64,000 bases of DNA from Yuukianura sp. NJ FZ-2021 (lineage: Eukaryota): assembly GCA_046563655.1 (NCBI GenBank), contig CM102286.1, positions 12,958,001 through 13,022,000 on the forward strand, written 5' to 3'. The notes beneath the pieces were generated by a model. That model was not told the DNA's origin and ran no database searches. It saw only the letters and a program-made list of their open reading frames with translations. The position numbers were made by a program, and so were the translations under genes. Position 1 is the first letter of the stretch. Each line of letters starts with the position of its first letter. This document shows positions 25,241 to 40,080 of this stretch, in pieces.

Positions 25241-28200
25241 ACAATATCGAGACCACATCATCTTACGTTATGTTACTGCAACCTATATTTTCGAATTATC
25301 TCGTTCAGGTTAAGGATATTTGATGACCTATTTAATTTTAATAAGTTGAGGTATAACCTATTTATTGTTAAATTAAATATCTGTATTTACGCTAATTTCA
25401 GCTACGTTTGGAATTCATACAATGGTGGTGTACAATTATTTTTATACAGTAGGTATCAAAACAATCCGTACAGCCTGTATAGGTATGTATAATTATTAAT
25501 TAGACAATTATGCCATAATAAATTATATTGAATGTTGCCGTAGTATAAGGTAAAAATGTGTACGCAATCTTAGTTGTTACCACCCTTGACTGGATACATA
25601 ATATTACAACCTTGTGCACTCCAACCGCCCAAAGTGTGGATTGAGTGTATCCGCCACTTCACTCTGATCCTATTACATGGTGCAGACTAAACCAAGGTTC
25701 GGCATATAAAAGCAACCTGAACTTGTCTATGTCGTAGTCGTTTTCACCAGAATTTACTATAGAGAATGGAGGCATGAAGTGAAAGACCGCATCCTTCTCA
25801 AAGGAGTTGACTTGACACGCAATGCCCGAAAAAAAAAGAACCACGAACTGAACCCAGGAGGAATCTGCCCGTTCCCACAAAGTACGCAAGGCCAAACAGA
25901 TCAAAAACTTTCAACACAAATCCTGCCTCCAAACCCAAAACCAAAGTCCCTTAGCGTCGTCGTTTAAGCATGCTACGCCATGGCTTCAGCAGTCCATTCC
26001 ACAACAACTTTAGGGCTGCTTTTTAGAACCACTTTTCTAAAAAGGATCTATGTCGTAAGGAATGTCGACTTTTAGCAACTGAAAAGCACAAAACTCACTT
26101 TAGTGCCAAAAAAAGCGATAAGCCTCTCAGCTCGTTCGGTTTGTTGCTTTGCAAAAGTAACACGAAACACGTTCAACTCTCAATTTTCAAAACCACAGAA
26201 GAATACGCCACTCGAGAAAAAAAACAGAAAAGAGAAGCAATTTCTCCTTCATTACATTCCCATTAGCATTACTCAAGTTTTGACACTTGAGATACTTAGC
26301 ACAAATAGAAACTTCAAATGACATTCTACAGAGGTCAAATTGCATACAAAAATGCAAAATTTCTTTTTTCTTTAGCTGATCGTACCATCAATTTTTCAAC
26401 AAGCACATTTTTTATCCAAAATTTGACAACTCAAAAGAATTATTTTTCAACCAATTTTTAAAGAATTGAAATTCTACCGCTAAAAATCGTCAACTGTGTG
26501 TTACAGTCTGTAACCTACAAATTCACAAACAAAATTTGTAGCATGCATTTTTCATCGTTATGCACAAGAAACACTAACTTTAAGCGACAAAAAGTTGACA
26601 AAAAATGAAAATTAAGCAATTTGAAAACATTATTTCTAAACATTTCTATTTTTAACTTTGCCGATTCACTTTGAAGCTTGTTAAATTTGCCGCTATTTAC
26701 TTAAGTGGGTCCCTTTGAACTTAAAACACAAGCGTATTTAAAACCATTTTCCCAAATGTAATGCAAGTGCATGGCGGGAATTTTAATTCGTTTTAAATGA
26801 CTGATGACGTAATTCGTGCAAGACTTGTTACTGCTTCTTTTACAAGCCGCATAGCATTCAAAGCATTCCGAAGTCCCACCGCAAAAGGATATGTGTGAGA
26901 CTCAACAAAAGCCACGGAAAGAGCCACCCCAGAGTGTTGAGTGGTGTAATTACGAGTCTTATTAGATTGGGAATGAAGATGAAAGTGGCTCTACTGGAAC
27001 TGAAGGACAGTGGAGGCTTCACTAAAGTGAAAGCAAGAGGAAATGGATTATTCCCACAGAGAAAGCCAACTTTCACCACCTTGGGCTCCCAGCATCCGAT
27101 CCTAACCTAAACCTAACCTTAAAGCCTCTCTTCCTTCCATTATCTGCTTCATCTTCTTCAAAAGGAAACTCAAATCCGCTTTCACTCCCTTTCTCCCGCG
27201 CATTTCCTTCCGTCCTAACCCTAAGAGAAAGCAATCGATCCTCAAACTTATGAACATGTTGTTCTACTCGCTACTTTCATGGCTGCCCGACCGCAATTCG
27301 GCAAAACTTTCACTCCAACATCCTCTGAGACTTCATTTTTGTCAAAAAAAATTGTGGGTAAAAGCAATTTTCAAATTTTCACCTACCTAACCTAACATTT
27401 TCATTTTTCAGTGAAAAGTTGCTCAAAATCCAAAGTTAAATTTTGTTAAACTAAAAGTTCTAAAAATTGTTAAGAATCAAAAATCATAATACTACTTTTT
27501 TTTTCGTAAATACATGAGGTTTTTAGTGAAAAGTCTTAAAAGTGAAAGCAGTGCCGGAATTTAGTTGGGGACCCTGTACTAAGCTTATTCTATTTCAACT
27601 TTCTCCGCTTCGCAAACATTTTTTTTCTTTTTCCTTGGAAACTGTAAACTAAAGAAGAAAAAAAAAACAGAACCAAATTATGTGTTTTCTCCCTTGGAGC
27701 AAATAGGCCTTTCGCCTTCGTGCTTTTCAAACTCCCGCGCTTCCTCTACTCCCAAAGAGACTTCTCAAAGGTATAAAATGGAAAAGTGGAACATGCAGCA
27801 GGCGCTGACGCTGACGCTATGATTTATTTCTCTTTTTTCCGCTTTTCCCTCTGCTTTCTCTGCCTATGAAAGTGAGCAAGATTGAAGTTGACTTGTAGGG
27901 TTCCGCTGTAGCTCAAAGTGCTCAATCTTTTACTTTCTCGTTTTCTTTTGATAAAAGGGGAAAAATCACTTTTTTGACTGCTTTCTCCGCAACTTTTCTC
28001 TTTTTTTCTGGAGTTACAGGCGAACAGTAGAGAAAATTTTATATGAAAGAAAGTTTATTGAAGGGAGGGTGAAAGTTGGTTTCTGAGTATATGATTTCCA
28101 TAAAGAGGTCCAACTAAGTTACTGCACAGAAAAGTTGACTCTAATTTAGTTGTTTATGGACCATATTTTTACTACTTGAGTTACAGGGAAAAAAGTTTTT

Positions 28201-29265
28201 ATAATCTCATCTAATCCAACATTGCATTTTTGGACATCAAATCAACTATGAGTAGGTTTTTCGGAAAAGTGAAAACATTTCAATTTCAAATATGCTACAT
28301 TTGTCAACTTTTTTTTAGTTTTAATGTAACGCATTTTAATGAAAAGTTTAAATAATAAAGTTTAAAGTCTAACAAATAATAATTTTTGTTGGTAAACAGT
28401 TTTAGGACTTTTTTTCCATTCTTACAAACCTCAATCTCAAGTTTTTTTTAAACAATCATTTTTGACTGATGTGCTAAACATGTCAATCCTAAGTCTAATC
28501 TAACTTATTGTTAACCTAACATGAATAGTTGTTACTAGTCACGTGTAAAACTGAAAATCTGATTTTTTTTTCAAATTGACAATGAGTGTTGCAACAATAT
28601 TTCAATTTTTTTTACAGAACTGTACAAAACAAATTTTTTTGTCACAATTAAATTCTGCTTACGGGATAAAAATTCGGTAAAATGGATATGTTTTAAGATT
28701 TTTTTTTTTGACGAAGATGCAAAACTGGGGTTTTGTTTTGATATGAATTTTAGCTTCATATTTTAAAAAAATTTCCACCTTCAGTAAATTTTTTAAACAA
28801 AACTGATATGAATTGCTGAATCTTACAAATATTTATCAATTTAGCAATACACCTAGCACTAAAACCGAAAAATTGAAAACAAACGGCAACCACAATCTCA
28901 AAGTCATAACGTTTCAAGTTTTGTTGCCTTTTTAAAAAAACAAAGTATTCACAAAATAATCTCCCACTTTTTTTAGACACCAGCAGTGCAAAAATCAACT
29001 GAACTGCTTTGATATTGATATGATCAAAGGTCAAACGCGAAAACGGGACATTGACCTCCACAGAAAGTGCACCAAAACTACGGTCAAGTACTTTTCATTA
29101 TAAATTACAACTTTGTAATTTAACTTTAAAAAACAAAATTTTGAAAATCTCCTTAAGTTTTTTTGAATATGAAGCTGCCTCGTACCAATTACCTGGTCAA
29201 AGTTTGTTCTCTAGCTAGGACATGCTCAATTCCAGTTTTCCAAGATGTGGTATTGCCTAACGTAG

Positions 29266-32200
29266 CTACTCAATGTACGGATTGTTGAACATGTTGAGCT
29301 CCTCTTCATACGGAGCAGCATTGGAATGGTGGTCAAGCATTTGCAGCATGTCTTGAAGTTCTGGACCTTGAGCATGACCTCCGCTGTTGGTTTGTTGACC
29401 TCCAGCAGCATTTGGAGGCGGGGCAGAATTGGCTTCTTGGTTCCCGCCAGCACTCTGCCAGGGCCACATGCCTGGAAATTCACAAAACGTAAGACGTAAC
29501 TTAAAATTTTCAAACAAAATTATTTTTCGAGATCATTTTTTGAAAAAGTTTGAACCTGGAGCATTTGAAGGTGGATGGTAAGAATTTGCTTGATTTGGAA
29601 CACCCCCTGACCCCCTCGCAGCTCCTCCACTTAGCTGCGTATAAGTCGGTCCACTGGGTGACCTCGACGGGCTGATTTGATTGTACTGTTGGTAGCTTTC
29701 GGAAGTAGACTTCAAAACCATAAAATTATTGAACTTTTTTTTGAAAAGTGTTAATTGTTTTAATCTCTAACGATAATCTAGTATGTTTTTTTTTATAACT
29801 TACTTGACGAATGTGTTGTTGCGTGTTTTGAGTCCATGGGACCTGGGCAGGGGTGGGACTGGTATTTGTTTTGGCGATTCTACTTAACACGCTGGCTGGA
29901 GATTCTGCTGAAACCGTAGCATTTGATGGCGGTTGAGCCGGCGAGTTGTAGCTGATTGGTGAACTGCTCTGCCCTTCGTAGCTGTAGCTGCTCGAACTGC
30001 CTGTTCGTGTGCCTGCAAGGTCAAAGGTCAAAGGTCAGCTCTTAGAGGAAAAACCCTTGAAACCAAGGTTGCTTGACAACGAAAAGTTTATTTTCATTAA
30101 CTGCTTGAGATCTACCTCGCTTGTTGACAATGAAACAACAAAAAACAAAAATTGGTATCAATTTTGGTACCAACCCAAAGAATTGATTCCAATTGGTATG
30201 TAAAATTTAAAAAATTTTGCTTTATTGTTATGACTGCGATGCCCGGAAATGAAAGGACACTTTTTATTTTGCAAAATCGAAAAAAAAACATGACGCATCA
30301 CTCAGCCTGTTAAAGAAAATCAAAGTCAACAAACCTTGCTTGAAACTTACTCTGAATGTGGGAAGTGACCATGTGGGGGTACATGGCGTCACGTGGAGAT
30401 CGTTGCATGGAGTAGTCGAGTCCTGGTTGGCCTGCGAAAGTTTGAACGCCATGTTCAGCCGAATTGTTATTTTCTCCGCCTAGGCCTCCGTCATGTGCAT
30501 GACTCGATCTGAAATTGGACATGCAAAATAGCGTGTTTCTGAACAAAAGACTTAAGATTTGTTGAACTGATAGGCATTAAGTACATGGGAATGAAAACGA
30601 AAATGAGAAAATTAGAAAAAAAAATGAGAAAAAAACGGCCTTTTTAGAATTAAGTGGGGCTTCAGATTGAATTGGAGGGAAATTTTGAAATGTAATGTTT
30701 TCAAATGTTGTTTTTATGTTATGTTGTGCTTTGAAATGTTAGGTTATGTTTAAAATGGGTAACGATGTTAGTGATTAACTTACTTCCCAGAGATATTGGT
30801 GCAGACAATGAATTCAGGATCGTTCAAGTATGGATTAATGAATGCAAAGGCGGAAGTTCGGAGCCACACCCACTCCCGGTTCTTTGCTCGACATCGATAC
30901 ACGGCTGTCACCATTTGACCATTCAGCTTATACGCTATCAAAAACGTATTCAAAATTCAAAATTTTGAACTTCTTTTTTGCATTTTTCGTCCCAAAAATT
31001 TACCTTGTTCAAAACATTCTTTAAAATGGGCAAGCTCTTCAGGATGAATAAAGTCAAAAGCACATTTTCCAAGCAGATCTGATGGATTGTAGCCCAGAAG
31101 TAAAGTAACTCTTTGATCCACGAACGTGTACTTGCCATCTTCGGAATGTCGAGTGATAAACTCCGCTGCTGACTGTGACCCTGACAGGTCAGAAGTATTT
31201 GGAGCCGAGGTGACTTGGATTCTGCCGATGGCCACCAAACAACAGTGGGACGAGTGATGGTCATCATCTCCACGGTGGTCCATCGTTATTCCCGAAGGAG
31301 GCCAGTTTTTCATGTATCCAGTACAGTGGACCACGGCGTAGTTGGCCCCACCGTGGGACGGTCCAAGTGTATTCCGCTGTCTAATGCGATTGAGTTGTCC
31401 GGAAGTCATGTTGTCCGGATGAACATTGCCAATGCGCATGCGACAAATGAATCCTCGTCGTGACCCCATTGCGAGTCTCATTGAAGCTGGATTAGGCAAA
31501 ACTTCAGTTAGGTTTTGAATTTCAAAATTTTGACTACATGGATTTTGGAATTCAAAAGAAAATGTAAGTTTTTAATACATTGATGACCTTCCTTCTTGAC
31601 TGTCCCTGTCTTTAGATCCAGAATTCTTCCAGCATTTTGTGGCTCCTGTGTTGACAGTTGCTCTCTCACTTTGTCCACGTCTTCTGGATGGACATGATCA
31701 AAAATACAAGATCCAAACCAATCGGCTTGATCTTGGTTTAACACAGGAGTGACCGAATCTGAGGCGTAAATGACTCTACCAGAGTCACAAGCCACGACAA
31801 ACAAAAAGCCATCAGCAGCCTCTAAAATTAAATGTTTCAATTCTTGATCTGTTAGAAAAGAGGGTTTGTAGGTTCCATCTGAGCTCGTATTTCCTGTTCC
31901 TATTGTGTCATCATAATAAACAAAACAAAATATATTTCCCAAACACAGCGGCGCTCATGATTCAAAACGGTTTCAAATTTAAAAAATTTTTGTTTTTGAA
32001 AGATTTCTGTTTTAGATGTGCCTACCTCTCAGTTGCTTCATATGCGCCACGGCCATGCGCAGAATGGTCAGTTTGTCTGGTTTCCTTGCCAACTGAGCGC
32101 AAGTTGGAACCATGTCAGACAATTCGGTGATGTAGGCCGTCATTTTGTTTCTGCGTCGCCGCTCAATTTCACAATGATTTTCCCTGCATTAGGAGTGAAA

Positions 32201-32618
32201 ATAAAAGCGACAAAATACTTCCTATCTCAAGTTAATTTTTAGCCATTTTTAGCCGTTCCGAAGTCGCGATTTCCGAAATTTTGAGTTTCGGCATTTTTCA
32301 AAACCGGATCGGTACAAAGTTACCTTGCAAATCTTTCTCTGTCTTGAACGTTTTCGTCATCCATCATTGAGCAAGAGTTGTTGGAATGTGTACGATTTTC
32401 TCCGTTAAATCTGAAATGAAAACCAAAAAAGAAGAAAATTATAGGAACAACAAAATTTTTCATCCAATTGTACACCAAATTGTGTTTTTAGCATAGTTTT
32501 GTTGTGTTAGAAAGATAAAATCAAGTCAAATTCCAAATTTTTGACAAGTTTTTTTTTTGAAAATCTCCGACACTTACCCTACAATTTTCGATTTAAAATC
32601 TCTCATATCAAAACTCAT
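29266..32618 (-). CDS. tgo: Aryl hydrocarbon receptor nuclear translocator / tango (bHLH-PAS)
   Basis: Exons 32410-32324, 32183-32026, 31899-31579, 31486-31004, 30934-30784, 30508-30351, 30012-29804, 29709-29556, 29471-29266. b[114 protein letters not shown]. Start is either an in-phase mini-exon 32618-32578 or ATG ATG at 32367 ([13 protein letters not shown]). Confidence 0.93.
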
Positions 32619-34790
32619 TTGAACTCCAATGACTCTGGCAGTTTTTATTTTTTGTAACCTTGTTCTTACGTCGATAGCGTACGTCCATTAGTTGATTGTT
32701 CACCATCCAATAGTCGATTCTTGACGTCACTCACTAAATACTTTTCTGTTTACGTTCAAAAGTCAGAATTGGTTGAGTAAATGTCCAGCTTGTTACAGAT
32801 AACCTGCACTTAGGTTGTACACAAAAAGTTCTAAAAGTTCTGACTGACCTGACTTTGACCTCGGAAAGCCAGAAGAACTAACGGGACTGTAAACTGTGAC
32901 TTTCAAGATTACTTTTTTGAACAAATCGCTTCACAAAGGCTCTTGCTCACAGCAGGGATTCGACCTAATATTATTGTTAGAGGTGTCTAATGACTTTTAG
33001 ATTTGACTGTGAACACAATGGAAAGCGGGTGAAGGCAAAACCTAAGGTAAATCTGACCCTAGGTTGAAAAACCTAAGTTTTTGCTTTGGGCTGACTACAA
33101 TTCATAGCCATTTGCTCCCATGAAGTAAATTTCAGACTACTCGGGTGCCATTTTCTTTCTGACGGTATAAGACTATAGTCTATGGTTTGGCTAGGATGTG
33201 GTAGAAAGTTAGGTTGGGGATTTTAGTATAACATTCGGCATCGGAAACCCCCGATCTTCATGAGAACGCAAGCTCTCGACAATCTAGGAGATCCACGAAA
33301 TGATCTTTAAAGTGAAGTTTGAACATGGGAACAATGCCTTTTTGTGTGAGTGACGCCATGGTCTCACAAACGATAGAAACAGAACAAGCAGCGATGTGCT
33401 AGAAGCAGCAAAATTTGAAATTCGACACCTAAATTGAAATTTAAAACTGAATGGGTTTAGTTTTTGGCGATTTGGAGGCATAAGCAAAACATTGCTAAAA
33501 GTGATTCATGATGATTCATGTAAAAAAAACAACAACTTTTTAAAGAAATAAAAGTTTTTACTTGAATTTTAGCTTTGCAAAAATCACATTTTTAGGCTGA
33601 TTATGAAGCGTAGGAAAAATTTCCGTGAAGATTTCTTTGAAGCGGAAAATTAAGAAATTTTCCTTCTTTCCTGCTATTTTCCTTAACGTAATTTCTGAAT
33701 CGCATTTTAAATTAATTTAATCCTGAGAAAGATTAGTCATAGTCACGAACTTTTTGAAGTGTATGAAATTGAATACGCTGAATGGACATTATTCTGTTGC
33801 CAAAACTTAATCATCCGCTATTCTTAAAGCATCTGGGAAACAATTGGTGGATGACTCAAGGAAAGCAGTCTTAAATTTTTAAACAATGATACCAAAACAT
33901 TCCTTGACCAAAGCGTCATTTTATGTGTTCTACTCAACCTATCAGAAATGTTTAAATTTTTAGAAAAAAAACTTAACTTTTAACTTTTCAAATTCATGCT
34001 CTGTAGTTTGGCAATTTAATTGTGAGAGTATGAATCAAAAATCAATTTAGAATTGTACAAAAAAGTGTTGTGCGTTGCTTGACCAATTTGACCTCGAAAA
34101 ACTTTAAACCTCTAAGCCTATTTCTCCTTCTTCTGTCAGGAATTGATTAATTACTTGTCCAATTTCAAGCAGATATTATTATATAGGAAATTATAACAAT
34201 TTTTCATCACCGCAGTTCATCCTTCTCCTTGTTCGCCCAAGAACAAGATTCAATGCCATACGGAATTTCAAATCAGTTTTTCTTCCTCGTTTTTTTAATG
34301 CTTTTGGTTCGTGTAATTGTTAAAAGGAAAGTGGAATATCCATTAGGGCTTACTTAAATTTTTCATTTTTTTTTTCAATAACATTTTTGACAAGGCGAAA
34401 TGAACTCAAGCGTCAATCATCTTCTTGCGTTATTTGCTCAGTCATTATCACTTTAACTGCACGGAAAGGAATCAATCTTACATGCGGGCCATTAATTCAC
34501 AGTTAAATTAAACGATTTGAGTTAAATGTTGTCGTGAAAAAATTACCGACTGACTCTGTCTTTACTTTTAGAGAGCACGGAATTCTGGTTTCAAAGGAAA
34601 CTAATGCATCTGAAAGGAATTCCAATATAAAAAATGAAACAAGACTTCAAATAAAATAAAAATTATTAAAATAAGATAATAAAGTATTATTATATTAACA
34701 ATGAAATATTGAAAAAGTGAGAATAAAAATAAGCAGAAACTCCGGTGCCCATTTATGTAAAGAAGGAACAAAGAAGACGCCCATTTTTGT

Positions 34791-34801
34791 GCCGCCATTT
34801 T
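34791..34801 (-). promoter_or_regulatory. YY1/pleiohomeotic-type motif in the probable divergent promoter region between tgo and the epimerase gene
   Basis: GCCGCCATTTT (AAAATGGCGGC on the - strand) matches the YY1 consensus and lies between two divergently oriented genes. Function is inferred only. Confidence 0.35.
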
Positions 34802-36058
34802 CAAAATAACTTTGCCGTTAACACATGACCGATTGTGGCGGGATTTCAAAAAATTTAAATTTGCGTCATCTCGTTCTTCTTTTTTTTCACTCTTCAAAAT
34901 TTGAAGAGTGAAAAAAGTGAATTTAAATTCTTCGTCAATCCAATTCTCAATTGTTTACATTCGAATTTTGATGTAAAGTGTGTCCAAATTTATGACAAAA
35001 GCGCATTTAAAGGTAACATTCATGTGTCGTTTACTATCATTTCAATTACCTCATAATAAAAATGTGTCAATTTTATATAGATTGCTACCACGGCAAAAAT
35101 TTACGATGTCAACGAAAACGACATTCAAGTCAACGATGAATTCAACGTCAAGAAGCACTTGCTGGATTCTGCAGAGAGATGAATCAATTGTAAGTCTAGA
35201 ATTACTGACTTCGTGACGTCTCAGCGTTATAAGTGCCTTATGATTGAATAATGGACAGTAATTGGTGTTCCTTTGTTTCTGGACAGTGATGTATCGAGAC
35301 TACGGTCCTATTCTCAGTCAGTGTTTCCTGGGGGGACGGACGACGACGGGGAGTGGACACATGATTGCCCAAAAAATGAAAAGTGAGAGTGCTAGGCACT
35401 TAAAACTTTGAGCACAGATTCACTTTCCATCCTCTCAAATCTCTCATCGTCTTCCGTCTGCCACGAAGACCAACACTTACTTCTTCCCCTTCAACTTCAA
35501 GAACAATCAATTCATCTTCTGGCTGCCTTCTTCCATTGCCTTATCCAACACTTTTTATCCACCTTACCAAGGCAGCAGTCCGTGTCATTTTTCTACTTTC
35601 CAGCAGAAGAACCCAAAAGTTTTGTGCTCTTTCTGGTGCCTCATCTCTTGTTGTGCTAACGTCAACAACCAAAACTGCTCCATGGACCTAGTTTCCCTTT
35701 GCCCTTGACTCAATCTGCTCTGCCTGCCTCTCATCCTCATTTCACCAACAGAAACCCACCACATAGTCTCATAATTTAATTCCAGAAAGTGTGTCAAAGT
35801 TAATTAGTCGAACTGGAATTGAAATCAACTGTTTGGGCAGCTTGGCACTTCAATTGAAACCTATTTTCTTGGGTATCGTCGTTGAATTACTGCCAGAAAA
35901 ATTGATCACGGCAAGAAGAAAGGTAATTATAATTAATCTTCTAAGTTGTAACTATAACTTTTGATTTTCGGGGGTGCGTAGGGTTAGAAAAGTCGCAACG
36001 CAACTTACTAAACGTTTTGTTTGATTTTTTAGGCAGTAAAGCCAAACAGCCGACGACG

Positions 36059-37346
36059 ATGCTGGCGGCGGCAGCTACTTCCGTTGTCGTACTGGACAGA
36101 GGGAATAACACTACTTGTACCATTAATTTGCACGGTAAGTTTGCCAAGAATGTGGAGACATGAAATGATTTTGGAATTGGACTTTGAGTTTGTTTTTAAG
36201 ACGGAGGGTTTACTTATATTTTTTAGGAGCCACCGTAGTATCATGGCGGGTGAACAATCAGGAGCAGCTATTCGTCTCCAAACAAGCAGTTTTCGATGGA
36301 AAGAAGGCTATACGTGGTGGAATTCCATTTGTTTTTCGTAAGTTTTGTGACATTCTTTTTTATTTGGTGCTGGCAACCTTTTAATCAGCTTCGTTTTTAT
36401 TCCTTGACAGCCCAGTTTGGGGAATGGAACTACGGGCCACAACACGGGTTTGCAAGGTTAACGCGTTGGACACTTGAAAAGAGTCCAGAACGTCTTCCTT
36501 CTGGTGACGTTGAAGCGATTTTCTCTCTAATGGATTCCGAATTTTCACGGTCCATGTGGAATTACCCGTTCCAATTGACTTACCGGTATAATTTGACTTC
36601 CTATAATTTGAGGATTTCTGAATCATTATAATAAGTACTAGATATACGTCAAAGTACATTGCAGAATACTGCTGAAATATAACTTGGAATTTTCACAGGT
36701 TAATTCTTCGTGAGAAGGAACTTCATTTCAACATTTGCGTGTACAATCCAGGTAAACATGAATTTACTTATGTTTACCTTTTAACATAAGCACAGCATTT
36801 CAACAATGATCATGTCTGTGTTGCAATTGATTAAAATCTTTTGGTTTTAGGAAAGGACCTTCCGTTCAGTTTCAATCTTTTGCTTCATACTTACTTCAAA
36901 GTGCCTGACGTTCGTAGGTGCCAAATTACAGGATTACAAGGATGCAATTTTATTGACAAGGTTAGACCATACACGTACTAAAGACCATTCCTTATTGTTG
37001 ATTTAACGATGTAAATTAAATTTTGTAGACACGAGAGAACACTCGCTACCAAGAAGGAAGAGAAACAGTACAGATCTGTGAATGGACAGATCGTATGTAC
37101 GAAAATACTCCGTCGGAACACATAATTACCAATGTCGTATCGGGTAGGAAGATGAGAATTCAAAAGTACAACTTCCCAGACACTGTCATCTGGAACCCAT
37201 GGATTGATGGAGCCAAGGAAATTGTGGACTTTGGAGACGACGAGTACCCAAACATGGTTTGTGTCGAGAGTGGTCACGTGGGCAGTCCAGTTATACTGCT
37301 GCCGGGTACAGCATTTGAAGCATCCCAAATACTTCAAGTCATGTAA
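36059..37346 (+). CDS. Glucose-6-phosphate 1-epimerase (aldose 1-epimerase family), 6 coding exons
   Basis: Exons 36059-36134, 36227-36337, 36411-36585, 36699-36751, 36851-36960, 37029-37346. Motifs LHGATVVSW, KKAIRGGIPFVFPQFG, QHGFAR, LLHTYF, DTVIWNPW, MVCVESG. Confidence 0.92.
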
Positions 37347-38201
37347 AAGTCCGGACTGGCACAAATTGCATCACTTTTGACCAGTGAAAATATACCATCT
37401 CCTTGTTCCTGCGGTTAGGGAAATCAATTCATGGAACTTTCGTCTTTCTTAACAGCGTTCCAAGGTTTACCACTACTAAATTTCACCCTTAACTTCTAAA
37501 TAATCCTGTCCTCGTTCCTAAACGGCCTTCCGTCTTTTGCAATACTTAAGCAAAGGTAGCCTTTTCAAAAATTGAATGTGATTTTCCAGAAAATGATACG
37601 AGTAGACGATAGTACTAATGTACGTTATGACAAATGGGCAGTTAACACTGTAATTCTAAACACGCACATTATATTCTTTTTACCATTACCGGTGGCTTTG
37701 GTAAGCGTTAAATCCGTCTTGATTAATGAATTTGAATTAGCACTGTATGTTCGACTCACTCCTTTAGAGACTCTTCTGTTGTTGGTTTAACTTACCTATA
37801 AAATGAACACGGGAATATCCTATACTTCAGGCAATCTAATAGCACAAGACGATTAAGTTAGTTTAGTCGTACGAACGGTAATGTAGTGTAAGAGGTCAGA
37901 GGTCAAGGCTTGCTCGGTGCCGAAGAAAGGAAGTTAAACGGTTAGTGTCCATGACACCAAAATCGGGAGAATCTTAGCGCCTTTAATCACACCTAATTCT
38001 GTAATTACTAATTTTATACAAAGAATTAAAGTTATGTCTTTAATTGTAATTTCAACTAACTCATCATTTTGTTTAAGTAGTGATTAGGGTTACTTTAACT
38101 TTACTCGCGTTAAGATCAAGGAATAAGGTTGAACTGAAACAGGAAGTAATCAACTACACTAACTCGAAGAGATTGATTGGAAACTTAGCAACTTAAAATT
38201 A

Positions 38202-39634
38202 TTATTGTCGAAGGAGGAGGCTAGTAGCCGCCTGCAAGTCATTTGAAGAAGATCTCAACGCCTCAGTGACTCTTACCCTGTCAAAGCCCATGTCGACCAA
38301 CGTTTGGATGTTTTGTACTGAAGGTTCGACGTCTCTGAGGTTCTGATTCTGAACGTCCGGTCGTCGTCGACGGAAGAAGTTCATAAGGCCATCTTGTTCG
38401 TAGTTCCCGACGAGTCGTTCCGAGTACCCTTGACCTCTGTTCATTCTTAAATCTCTGGCTCTGTTTTGAAAATATTGTTGCTCCCACTCCTCAGCTTCTT
38501 CCTGTCGTTGGAGTTCAAGGGTGGCTCCCATGGGCAAGTTATCCTATTACAATAGACATCATAATCAAAGATTTGAAGGAGTTAAGTGTGAGACTAAAAT
38601 GCACAACTTACTTTCGGTTCTTTAGAATACAAAATCCATCCGAAAACCTTATCACATAAGTTCCCTAGCCAGTTGGGAACGACGAGCCACTTCTGCATTC
38701 CAAGAAAGTTTTGTCGGTGTAAAATTCCAGCCAACTATGAAATATGAATTACGTAAAGTAAGGATTCATTTTTTGAAAACCGTACGTTCATCGTGTAAAG
38801 TTGTATCAACTTACAATTCCAGAAAGTGATGCTACAATGGTGGAAGGCGTGGAAGCTCCAATCTGAAGTCCTAAGAGATACGTCACAGTCTTTCCAGTGA
38901 CTGGAATTCCTAGGAAACTTGTTACTGTAATGCGAGGAATGTCCAGAAAATAGTGTACGTAAAGTGGAAATAGAATACTGTACCTAAAGTAAAGCAAAAT
39001 CAAAAATGCTTCATCCTCTGGTGTAGATTTGTTGAAATGTGGATGATGTGAAGCAAAGAATTATTTTGGAGTGCTAAAACTTACATCCCTGGCGGCAGGT
39101 ATCGTCCTACTGGAGAGGCATCTTGATATAAATGTGTCATTAACATTATCGTCGCAATTTCTAAGCAAGTGGCGAGAGTACAACACCCAAGAATATAGGA
39201 AGCAAACTTTCTTGATCCCAAACGACGCTCGAATACCCTGTGTACCAAACACAAATTAATGAAACATCGTGTCCAGCATGATAAACTTACACCTTTAACT
39301 TACCTAAAGTAATATATAATTAGAGCGGAACAAATGATATCCTTAGAGTAAACACAGGTTAGGCGATTAAAAAGAAGTCTCCAAATTTGAGTCGGAGACG
39401 TTAGCACTTGAGGTATCTCGCAAATTAGATATTGGCGGAGATGAGCAATCATGGGTATATGAATTGCGGTACAGGTGACAAACATGGAGCACATCAATCC
39501 TTTGCAGATTGGGGATTTATCTGAAATAAAACGATCGCTAATTAGACATGCATTTAATACAAAATGAAATGTTTTCCTCAACTGGACTTACAAAACCCTG
39601 TAGAACTTTGATTACTTAGAATAGTGGCAGCCAT
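38202..39634 (-). CDS. UBAC2: Ubiquitin-associated domain-containing protein 2 (rhomboid-like pseudoprotease with C-terminal UBA)
   Basis: Spliced N-terminus MAATILSNQSSTGFYKSPICKGL; QIWRLL; YYFRVFERRLGSRKFASY; PMGATLELQRQ; UBA domain IQTLVDMGFDRVRVTEALRSSSNDLQAATSLLL. Confidence 0.88.
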
Positions 39635-40080
39635 TGTGACAACACAGTACTGGCGACAACGAAATTCCGAAGGTCACAGGCGATGCAAGTCCAGTAAAGC
39701 AATTAAAGTTTAGAAAATCCTTCTCTCCATTCACGATTTGTTTTGGTCGTCAAAAAAAAATCTGATTTAATTTAATCCTAAAAACTCGAGCTTGAAAATC
39801 CCGCGTTAAAAAGCCTCGCCGTCGCACCATCGCAGGTTGCGAATCGCAGCGATTAAATACACTTAAAAACTGCAGTAAAATGCGAATTTTACAATGACGA
39901 TGAATAGATGATCCGAAAATGCTTACATACCCTGAGGTAACACTTGACCTTGCTTTTAACATCTTCGCTAAAAATTGAAACTTTCAACAGTAACGCTATA
40001 AGTGAATTATGAACACGTCAACTTATTACTTTACTTCAAGGTAACAAACAAACGTCATCCAAACGTGTTTCCAGTATTCC

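Noticed and set aside
27100..27395. Scattered CCTAA (TTAGG telomere-like) motifs, also at about 1070, 7640 and 15890
   Set aside because: Only 2-3 imperfect units at each site; not a telomeric array.
29257..29268. tgo stop in a leaky TAG-CTA context
   Set aside because: A second TAG follows after only two codons; no evidence of a meaningful extension.
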